Of a stretch of DNA of 64,000 bases, positions 1 through 10,800 are shown piece after piece (position 1 is the first letter of the stretch; each line of letters begins with the position of its first letter). The position numbers and the translations under genes were made by a program. Below the pieces are notes generated by a model. The model did no database searches. It was not told the origin of the DNA and was given only the letters and a program-made list of their open reading frames with translations. Source of the DNA: Lama guanicoe (Eukaryota); NCBI GenBank assembly GCA_013239625.1, contig MU054323.1, forward strand, positions 7,987,220 to 8,051,219. The letters run 5' to 3'.

Positions 1-59
1 GATATCATATACATGATATGATAGAGATATATCTTATAAGATGTACATGATATAGATAT

Positions 60-1290
60 ATTTCACAAAGGATCTAGGATATATACGGAATTCCTACAAA
101 ATTAAGAAGAAAGATAACTCAGTAAAAAATGACAAAAGATATTAACAGATTTTTTTAGAAAATTATATACAAATGGAGAATAAATGTGAAAAGATGCTCA
201 TTAGTAATCAAGAAAAACCAAATTAAGATCATAATGAGATATTTTATACCTACCAGACTGGCAAAAATGAACAAAACTGAGAATACCAAGCATTAGTAAG
301 GATGTGGAACAATAGGAACTTTCTCTTCACTGCTGGTGAGAGTGCAAATTGATACAACCACTTTAGAAAACAGTCTGGCATTGTCTTGTGCATTTGAGTA
401 CTTATAACTCATATATTTGATAAGGGGTTAATATCCAGAATATATAAAGAGCTCCTACAACTCAATAACTAGAAAACCCAATTTAAAAATGGGCAAATAA
501 TTTGAATAGACATTTCTCTGAAGAAGATATACAATGATCAATAAGCAAATGCAAAGATAGTTGCCATCACTAATTGTTAGGGAAATACAAATCAAACTAC
601 AATGAGATGCTACTTCACACCCATTCGTATGGCTATTATTAAAAAACGTGAAAATAACAAGTGTGGGTGAGGATATGGAGAAATTGAAACCTTTGTGCAC
701 TGTTGATGGGAATGTAAAAATGTGCAGATGCCATGGAAAACCGTATAGCAGTTCCTCAAACAATTCATAGGATTCAGCAATTCCAGTTCTAGGTATATAT
801 CCAGAATTGAAAGCAGGGTCTCAAAGAGATATTTCTACATCTGTGTTCATAACAGCATTATTCACAATAGCTAAAACTTGGAAACAACTCAGGTGTTCAT
901 TGATGGATGAGTAGGTAAACAAAATGTGAAAATACTTAAAACGGAAGGCAATCTTGTCACCAGGGATGCTACACCATCGATGAACCTTGAGGACATTATG
1001 CTAAGTGAAATAACCCAGTCACAAAAAGACATACTGTATAATTTCACTTATACCAGATGTCTTAAACGGTCAAATTCATACAGACAGAATGGTGGTGGCC
1101 AAGTGTTGGGGGAGGGGGAGTGAGGAGTTGTTTAATGCATATAGAGTTTCTGTTCTGAAAGGTGAAAAGAGTTCTGGGGATTGGTTGCACAACAGTGTGA
1201 CTCTATTTAACACTACTGACCTGTATACTAAAAAGTGGTTAAAATGATCAGTTTTATGTGTATTTTACCACAATTAAAATTTTTTTTAAG
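60..1290 (+). mobile_element. Old L1 (L1M-type) ORF2-end / 3'UTR fragments, at least two pieces
   Basis: Typical L1 3' phrases (ggaaatacaaatcaaactacaatgagat, gatgaaccttgaggacattatgctaagtgaaataa, tgtgtattttaccacaattaaaa); boundaries approximate. Confidence 0.8.
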
Positions 1291-3566
1291 GTAAGGGAAA
1301 ATAATTAGAACGGAAGTTACCTCTGGGTGGGGGACAGTGCATTTGGTTTGGGGAGGAGCACACAGGTTCTGTACTGTTTCAAAACATTCTATACGTACAA
1401 GAGAAAGCCAAGTTATCTTCATTAGCATGACTGCTACAAAGGATCACCCTTGGCGGTGGTTATAGGTGCCTCTTTGATGTTTGTTCTTAAATGTCTTAAA
1501 CTGGTTATGCTGTTCTTAAAGATCTCAAAACTTAAGTGTCTCTCTTTACTTGTAAAACTTTAGTTAGACCCTCTGTTCCACCAAATAATCATTTGGGAGT
1601 GGAACCTTTATTTGTCCTCATTTTTCATTCGAACTTCAGAAGGTTGGCTCCCCAACCTCTCCCCCACCCTGTCCCCACCGCTCCCCCGACCCCCAGATGT
1701 TTGCGTCTGATGATCTCTTTGCTTCCATCTTTCCTGAGAGAACAACTCTAATTCTTCTCAGCCTATGATGTCCCCCTATCCTTTCTCAGTTTTGTTTCTC
1801 CAAGCTTCTCAAATTCCGTCTCTCTCAAGGCATAAAAAGTAGTAGCATGGTCTCCTGGGCTTTCTTAGATTTTAATGGATGACTCAGAGGCCCTCTGCCT
1901 TTTTCTGCTGTGGTTTTGGGAGGATACTGAACTGTTATATTGTGCTTTCTCAATGAAGAGGGATCACTGATTGAGAGGAAATGGGACAGTGTGGGGATGG
2001 AAGGACAAAAATAGTTAATTAGACACTATTCTGAAAAGAAATAGATGATTGTGAGACAGAAGCAGCATTTAGACATGTTGACAGTGTTTGTACTCAGTGC
2101 TGTACTCAACTAGTTGCCCTTTTCCCTTTTATGCTTAAAGGACCGTCAGTGATCAAACAATTCCGAGAGCAGAACTCCAGATAAGAGAGTTCAGAGCTTC
2201 CCTGGGAACCCCTAACGTACTCTAGCCTTCTGTACAAACGTCAGTTCCAAGGGGTATTTTGTTTGTGTTTCTTTGCTTGTCAGGTTTCTATTTTTTTAAT
2301 GCATAAAATGTTCAGGAAAGCTTTTTGAAAATAATTTTTTTCTAATGTAAAAATACTTCTCATTGTAAAAAAAAAAGTCAAACAATATAGAATAGAAGAA
2401 AATGAAAAATCAAGTAGAGATACCCACTGTTTATGTTTTGATATCTCTCCTTTTTAATGCATATGTATTTGTAGGGACACATGGAACATAATTGCCTGGT
2501 ATAATGGTGTTCTGGAACCCTTTTGTTTTACTTAACTATGTAGTCTAAATATTTTTGCATATCAGCAGGTGTAGGTATGTCATTTTTAATGACCAGATAG
2601 CATGCCTTTGTATAGATATATCCTAATTTGTTGTTACTAAGTACCTCTTTTTTGAGGATGTAAACACACTAGTGTGCACATCCTTTATACATTTATCTGT
2701 TCACTTGTTTACTTTTTCTTTAAGCCATCTTTATAGAAATGGAATTGCTACTAAATCTCACTTTCTTACATTTACCTCCAGAGCCTTCCCCCCCTTTTCT
2801 ATGATGAGAGCCAAGTGAACAAGGGCTTAATGTCATTTTATTTGTCTATTCTAAAGTGTGTTTTTAGCAGCAGAGCATGCATTGTGTGCAGTCATTTGAG
2901 GAGGAAAGTGAAAATACATATATCTACAGAAACATACTCAGAAAAGGAATCTCTGCTGCTTCTTTAGTACTTTAATTTTTCAAAATATAGTTTGATAATT
3001 AAAAATATTAAGACTAAATATTAATATAAGTGAAAGTGGAATTGAGACAGACTCTGTTGTCAGGGAAACCAGCAAAGGCGAAGCCCCCACTGATTGAGTA
3101 GCTGCTGCCTCCCATGGGGGCTGGAACAAGTACGAGGCACAGAAACCTTGCAGTGGTCCTGGTGAGTTGGTACCTTCTACTTGAAAGAATGACTGAATCC
3201 ATTTAGAGAAATAGTTGGGCTGGTTCATACACAATACAAATCACACAAATCATTAAGTGGAGGTATAGCATGTGTAAGAAAAATGTTTTCAATGGCATTT
3301 ACCACTTTTAGTTAGCATTATCACTTTCTATTTCAAAAGAAAACACCCCTATTCCATTTTATTTAAAAAATCCATGAATTCTATAATTAAAGACTCATTA
3401 ATCAGAATTTTTTTTATTTATCTAGTTAAAAAATTTTTCAGAACCCTGTCATCATCCTCTTTCAGATTCCATAAGTTAATCCATCTAGGCATCTTGATGC
3501 CCTCTAAAGTCTTTTCTTAAATATTTCTTCTCTATATCTAGCCTTAGCTTGATCCTGTCACTTTTA

Positions 3567-3710
3567 TTTATCATTGCATTATTTATTTTATTTTGGCAGG
3601 GGTGGGGGAGGTAATTAGGTTTACTTATTTTTAGAGCAGGTACTGGGGATTGAACTCAGGACCCTGTGCATGTTAAGCACGTGCTCTAGTGCTTGAGCTA
3701 TACTCTCCCC
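3567..3710 (-). mobile_element. tRNA-derived SINE (camelid Vic-1-like) with 17-bp TSD
   Basis: Reverse strand reads GGGGAGAGTATAGCTCAAG...GAGTTCAATCCCCAGTACC...AAACCTAATTACCTCCCC then an A-rich tail; TSD tgatcctgtcactttta at 3550-3566 and 3711-3727. Confidence 0.85.
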
Positions 3711-4360
3711 TGATCCTGTCACTTTTAAATGTCAATATTTGTCATCTTTTCTTCATAATTCCTGGCCATCTGTGATAACTTTCTACTTTAAAATTTATAC
3801 CACATTCTTAAAATTGTGCTGGTATCAGTAACTTTACATACAAGCATACCTCTATGAAACTTACATTTTGGATTAATGTGTTTCATAGAGGTTAAAGAAA
3901 GAGGGATCTGTTAATTTCACCTTTTCCTAAATTTTGAAAAGAAACAAACCAAATTCTGCTCTTTGCCTCCAGTGTCTGGAAGATCAGAATTCCTGTCAAT
4001 TAAGCCATCCTTTCTTTGTAATTATAGGGAAGAAATAATGAGAAAAGAAATCACTGAATAATGAAAACTGTTAAGACAGGTTTTACTTGCAATTATTTTG
4101 AACTTTGATATCTGTTAATTATTTTTACAGAAAAGCCATGCTTATTCATTAGTTCACTTTAGCTAGTTTTTCCATGCTTTTCTTGCTTGGATAGTTCAAG
4201 GGTGGGGACAGGTAAATGAGAAAAATGAGTGTGACTAACGGAAACAGAAGCCTATCTTTCCCAAGGGCTGAGCTCTGGGGCCAGGAAGGGTTCAGAGCGT
4301 TGGCCAGGACTCATCCTGGTGGCTTCAAGGACACACCTCGACTCTGTCATCATATGTGGG

Positions 4361-4382
4361 TCACTCAAAACTTTTGTCTTTC
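4361..4382 (-). other. ADGRF3: Start of probable ADGRF3 terminal exon (3'UTR here; 3' end not determined)
   Basis: tttcacag|GAAAGACAAAAGTTTTGAGTGA resembles the recalled human final segment (R)KTDASE* ending GAG TGA. Confidence 0.5.
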
Positions 4383-4784
4383 CTGTGAAAAAGCTCGCCC
4401 TGAAGCCTCTGTGGGCTCCTCTCCCCTCCGGTTACCAGACCCACCAATGGCATTTCCTCCACAACATGGGTTTTTCAGGCTATCTAAAAATAATGCTAGT
4501 GTGAAAAGGAATTTTCAGAGTGAACTGAGTCAAGGGGTGGTGGTGGTGACACTGCAGCTTTCTGGGAAGGCAGTAGAAGATGCTATGCCGTCTTCTCTCC
4601 GAGGCCTCCACACTCCTTCAGCTCACCTGGGAATGTCCACCTGGAGAAGGCTGTTCTCCACCCTGTGGGTCAGGGCGGGTATATGAAGAGGCGTTTTCTT
4701 TGTAGAGCTCTGCTGGAAAGCCCTTTGTACACTCATCCTCACTCCGTGCTTCTCACACTGCTCCTGAGAAAGCCTCATCCTCAC

Positions 4785-4839
4785 CGGTTTCTTCACTTCT
4801 TCCTTTGCTGTGTTATGGGATGTAGGTTTCATTTGTGGC
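4785..4839 (-). CDS. ADGRF3: ADGRF3 exon 13 (ATNETYIP*; TAA at 4815-4813, exon continues to 4785)
   Basis: ttcctag| acceptor, G|gtgagg donor; resembles recalled human tail ATNEGCILEHSKG. Confidence 0.7.
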
Positions 4840-7800
4840 CTAGGAAGGCATGGGAAGGCCCAATTACAGGGCGGTGATTACTACTGCCAACGCTCCTTTT
4901 GACGGGGTTGTATCCATTTGTACATTCTCACCTGTCCTCCTGCCTGGGCAGCAGAAATCCTAGGAACTTTGCTCCCAGCTACAGTGACTCTCATGCAAAC
5001 CGATCCTACCTTTCCCCTGCTAACTGGAGGCAGATTCTCGGAGGGAGAAACCAGGGGAAAATCCAGAGTCACTAGGAGTCCAGGTTATAATCAGGAGCCC
5101 AGGAACCTGAGTCTGCTCAGACTGGGCTGCATTCTCCATCGTAGGAGAGCTTGACCCTGAAACATGTTCCTCCTGAAATACAACCCCAATCTTCTCTTGG
5201 CGTCTGGCTGTCCCCATCTCCTCCGTGGAAGGCTGTGGAACATCTACTTTGCTCTGCTCTCGGGGAAAAGTGAGGCTTTAAAGCCAGCAACTCACCAGGG
5301 AGATGGTGGAGTTGGGGGGCTGGGAGCGGCAAAAACGTTTGCGCAAAGCCTCTTGAACCTGTAGGAGAGGGGATTGCCGTTATGCCAGCCAAAGTCCCGG
5401 CCTTTGGATGCATGCAGGTCAGGCTGGGGTAGGTGGGCAGACTCACCTTCCTGTCCATGAGGCAGCCGAACAATAAGATGAAGACACCCTGAAAAGAGGG
5501 ATGAGGATCAGTTAGTCAAGGAGGAAGAAATCAGAGCCAGTTCCTTCTCTCTCCTCCTTCAACCTCTGTCCTCTTGTTTAATTCACATCCTGAGGCCCCG
5601 CATCTTGGTTTTCTGTACATTTGCACCACTTGGTGCATAGAATCCATTTCAGGTGCTTTTCTTACTGTTACGAAGAAGATGGATCAAAGGATAGGGTACT
5701 GACAATTCCCTGACTTAAGTGACAAAACCAGATTATTTTACAGATGAGAAAACTAGGGGTCAAAGAGATTTGTCCACAGTTACTCAGCTAGTCAGTGGAG
5801 GAACAGCAATCCAAGCTTAAGCCTTTAAAAATTCCTGAGCCTGTTTCTTCTGCACAACCATACCTCCTTGAGAAGGGACTGGCAGGGACTGTCTAAAAGG
5901 GCAAAAAGCACAGCCACCACCTTGTCACCCACCTGGGAGGTATTGAGAGCTGTGAAGAGGTAGTGGGGGACTATGGAGACTTCCTCTAACAGAGTGGCCA
6001 GGCCCAGCGCCCAGGTGAGACCGAAGATGGGTGTGAGAATGAGCAGGGCTTTGATCACTCCCAGGAGGGCTTGACGCTTCTCCACCTGGGGTCCCTCTGA
6101 CAGTGAAGGTCTCAGCAGCTTCAGCACGGCCATGGCTAGTACTAGCCCGTTCACACCCATGATGGCCAGCACTGGCCCCACGAAGGTGTAGAACACTCCT
6201 CCCTTCTTGTCCAACCAACATGCCCCCTCCCCCAGGTATTGCCCTCGGGGTAGGTAGAGGCCCAGGGTAACACCTGCAAACCCCATCGGGCACAGGTAGC
6301 CAAGGAACACCATCAGGGAGAGTACTCGGTGCCTGGACAGCTGATGGAAGACAAAGAGTAGCTGGTGGGCCAACATCAGAGCCTGAGCCAGCATCCAGAA
6401 GAAGGTGGCCAGGTAGAGGAAATGACAGAGAAAGGCGGTGGCCAGGCAGAGTGGGCTGTGGGGCCCTGGAGGAAGCAGCGAGGCTCCGAGGAAGCAGGTG
6501 TCTGCCGCCAGCAGGCAGAGCACCACATTGAGCAGGGCCGCATGGCGTAAGTAGGCAACTTTGCTCTGCACCACAAATCTCCACACTAGCCTATACACAC
6601 CCAGACACACAAGCAGGGCCACAATGGAGGCCCCCAAGCCCACCTGACCCAGCAGCTCCAGGAGGGTGTTTTTTGGAACTGTGTGTCTAGACATAAGGAT
6701 GGAGAAGGCAGTGAGGTGCTGGCAGATACAGTGAGTGGTGGGGCTGGCACTGGCTGCCTGCACCTGGCACCCTGCATCAGACCAGCCCCCCTTGCCCTGG
6801 AAGAGATCGTGGTCCCAGAAGACACAGTGAGGGGTGCCATTTGTGTCCCCAAAGTCCATGATGACCTCTGCCTTGTTGAAGATCTGGCCACCTGCCATGA
6901 TGGAGATGGCAAGGACCAGACCAGGAGTGGCATAGAGGGAGTCCCCCAGCCCTTGTCCGTAGTTTGAAGGCAGAAAGTGGTCCAGTTTTTGCAGCATCAG
7001 GCTAGTAACACTGACGTTGGTTCCATTATGGCCCAGTGGGGCCAGTGAGTGCTTGGGAATGTGCGCCTGCAGCATGGGCTGAGTAGAGAAGGAGACTCTA
7101 TAGTCGGAAGGAAGTGTGGGCCTGAGGAGCTGGGTCTGCAGCTGCACGTTGGGCAAGCCGAAGGAGAAGGGGTGATCCTGTGGGCACAGACTGCGTGCTA
7201 GGGTCTCCACAGCCAGCAGGAGATTGGAGCCCACTGCGGAGATCTGGGCCCGGGCTGTGGTCCACAGGGAACTGGCGTCCATGTCAAGGACCTTGTCTGT
7301 GGTTTTCAGCAGAGCCTGCAGCACACAACAGAGATGAGGCCTAGAGCCCTCAGCAGGGAACTACAGGCCCCAAACCCACCCTTCCTAGTTCAGTGCAAAA
7401 CCCAAGGTTGGGGAGAAAAGGGAGAGGAAGACAGGCCCACGAAAGGGAGACGGGAAGAAGAGGGCTGTTTAGCCTCCCACTGGGGCGTCTTCTGGCATGT
7501 GGTCTCCTGATGCACATCCCACCCTCTGTCTGATTACTGGTCTCCCCACTCCATCCCTTGGGGCCACCAGATCCTAAGGGGGCCATTTAGATCTGTAAAG
7601 CTAGGAATGGTGCCCATTGGTTAAGGGCACAATGTTCTGAAGTAGAGGGCCACCAGCATGTCTGTGCACCCATGTGTGATACACATTCCCAAACACGAAG
7701 GGTGTGTAGTGTCATTGTCTCTGGTCATTCTTTTGGCTGCAGCTTATGGGTCGCCAACTGAGGCCTATCCTGAGAGCTGGTGTAAGTGGGTCCAGCAAAG

Positions 7801-10800
7801 CCAAGCACATTTGAGTATCTCCATGGAGGTATCTTGTGGGTGGATGGGTTGGGGGCGTGTGTTGGAGTCATAACCCATGTCTGCATGTGCATGAATGCCT
7901 CTAAACTCATGTCTTCACACCCCTCTCTGCCTTCCCCGACCACCCATGTGTTCCCAGCATCAGGCCTTCTCTACATTCCATGACCTTAGAGACTGGAATC
8001 CAAGAGGAGAAATGGACCAGGGAGCAGACTCTTGGACTCTAGAAAAGTCTACCATCTGAGAGCCCCTGGTGATACAGAGGGACAGAAGTGCCCAGGGCTG
8101 AAGAGCTTCCGGCCCACACTACCCAGCCGGCCCCTGCCATGGCTCAGAGATCTCACCTCCAGGGCACTGCCATTGAGCTGTATTCTGGCACTTGCCACTA
8201 TTTTGGCCAGGACTTTTATGGTGTTCACCAGTGCTAATAAGTCAGAGGGTGAGGTCACCACCACTACCTGGTCAGGCAGCTGCGCCAGGATCTGTGGCAC
8301 CTCCTCATCAGGCCAGCCCTGGCCTGCCCGCAGCAGCTGAGACAGACAAGACAGCAGGAGGGGGTGGTGGGCGGGTCCTCAAGAGGGAGGGGCCACCTCC
8401 TCCCTCTCCCTGTTCAGCTCCCTTCTCCCCACACCTGCACCCTGTCCCAGGGGAGCAGGAAGCAGAGAAGAGCGAGCCACATGGAAGGAACTGACACCAA
8501 GGTTAGTGGGATGGACATTTGTTAGGATCAAGGTTTGAGACTAGCACCCTCCCCATCATGAGCGTGCTGGCCACTCTAAGCCCCCCTTGCACCTACTTCC
8601 TGGCTCTGCTAAGAACCAGTTCCGAGAAGCTGAATAACCTTTGGGGCGGGCCTCGGGGGAGAGGGTTCTAAAGCTGGGTCCTGGGTGAGGAAGGGATGGG
8701 TCATGGAGGATGGGGCATGTGGTCAGCAGGGCCAGAAGCTTTACCCGGGCTCTATAAAGCAAGGCCAGGAGCCCTGTGTCTGTGCAGCTGCTATGGTTGG
8801 GCCCCCAGGCCCCATCAGGCCTACAAGTCCTCTTCACTGTGCCCGTCTTATTCCCAGGACATGGGGCCTGGGCCACATGGCCAGCCTTGGTGACGTTCCA
8901 GGCACCAGCTGAAGAGTCCTCAGGGCAGGTGGTGTCTCCACCTGAAAATGATATCAGGGGAGGCTTGGCAACCCAGTCTAGCCCTAGCCTCTCCTTGGGC
9001 AGAAGTCAGTGCAGGCTGTGAGTCCGTCTTACTGCCCATTGCAGGGAAACATCAAGGAGGAGCTCCCAGGGCAAGCAGGTGAGAGCGCAGCCAGCTGAAC
9101 CCCAAGCCCTGCGTACCCTGGATGATGGTAACAGAGACGAGGACCCTGAGAGGGCTCAGTCCTGGGCTCTGCAGGTCACAAGTGTACGTGGTGTCAGCTG
9201 CAGGGCAGCGCTGAACAGCCAGCACAAAGCACTGGGAGTCCGATGTGTTGAATGAGGAGGCTGAGGGTGAAACAAGAGAAGAGAACTGTCACTGGCCCAG
9301 GAACACACCTGGGAACCCAAGAGGCCTAGAGATGCCTTGTCAGTCTTTCTAGTGATTTCAGAAGCAGAATGAAGCAGTGGGGAAGAGCTAAATCATACGT
9401 GGGCATCACACCACTGAAGGTAGAGCTTGGATTTCGGTGAAGGGGACTCTGGGGGTCTCTAGCTCCAGGGCCTGAAGCCACAGTTAACGAAAGCATTATG
9501 CAGAAGCTGTCTCCACACATGAGGGTTATTGTTCTAGCAACAGAATTGGGTAAAAGCAGTATTGGACTTGGACCAGCAACTCCCAGGTTGAACTGCAGCC
9601 TCTGCTTCCGGTGAGCTGGAGAGCCAGCTGCCTGGAGGTGACTAGCTGCCCTCTCTCCCCAACCCCTAACAGCTGGCCCCCTCCCACGCCTTCGCTGCCC
9701 TCTCCAGGACTCCAGGAAGCCGTGTAGCCCAGATGTTCGCTGGGGATGCAGCAGCTCAGCTGGAAGCCAGGGGAGGAGGCACAGGAGATGGAGAGCTGGT
9801 CTGGAAGCTGAGCCACGTCTGTCTCCCGCAGGGACACCTTCACCATCTGGTGCAGCTCCCACCTGAATCCCTGGGCCTCAAAGCAGCACATGTAATCACC
9901 TGCAGACACACACCTGATGTACGTCCCGCCTCCTCGGCCCCCACCTGTGCCACAGAGTCTCCGCTGCCTCCCCAGCCACACCCTAGGTCTGCCTTGTCCA
10001 TTCAGCCTCTTCTTAACCCCAGTAGGAACGATCCTTGTCCCTGGAAGGATTTCTAGGAGGAAGAAGAGACCCTGACCCTTTTGTTACCCTATAGCCGTGA
10101 ATTCTAAGGGGAAACCTCTCCCTCCACTAGCTGCCGCTCCTGCTCCAGCGCCTACCGTTTCAGCCTCGTGAAGAAGAGCAGGCATCTGTTCTCAGTGGAC
10201 TCTCAGACCACGTTTTCAGTGCTCTCTCCTTACACTTCTTCACATCAGTGGGCTCTTAGCCTTGGTTTCCCCAGAGTGAATAAGTGGAGGGATGAGAAGG
10301 GAAAGGAAGAGGAGAAAAGAAGGAAGGAGAAGAGGGGGTGGAGGAGGGGGAGCAAAGGAAAAAGAGGAGGAAGAAGAAAGGTGAGGAGAGGAGACGAGAC
10401 GAGAAGGGAGGGACAGGCGGGCTACCTGCCCATTTATAGGTGATGTTGACGATGCTGAGGAGAGCCCGGCCCCGGCTGGAGGTCAAGGACACACATGTCC
10501 CTGCCTGCAGGAGGATGGGGCTGGGGCTCCCCGTGCGCCACAGGAACCATTTCAGGTTGGTGATCTCCTGGCTTGTGAGAAGGGTCAGGTTCAGGGTGCT
10601 GCCAGGCATCTGCAGCCAGGAGTTGAGGCTCAGGGTTGCAGGGACTGCAGGAGGCAGGAGACAGGGTACCCCCAGAACAAGAACTTGTGGCCCTTGATAG
10701 AGCTAAGCTCTCCTTCCTTCCCCATCTTCTGAAGCCCATCCCTTCTCACTCCCTTCCCACCTTTTTTGTTTTGTCCCTGGATGAGTGTGGCTGCTGCATC

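Noticed and set aside
1..4300. Possible HADHB 3' exons (syntenic neighbour from memory)
   Set aside because: No thiolase-like coding sequence recognised; the region is L1, SINE and AT-rich DNA.
4216..4877. 156-aa and neighbouring plus-strand ORFs
   Set aside because: Antisense to the ADGRF3 last intron and UTR, with no recognisable domain or exon structure.
5925..6967. Overlapping ORFs (219 aa, 115 aa and others) inside the large ADGRF3 exon
   Set aside because: Alternate-frame and antisense shadows of GC-rich coding DNA with no independent support.
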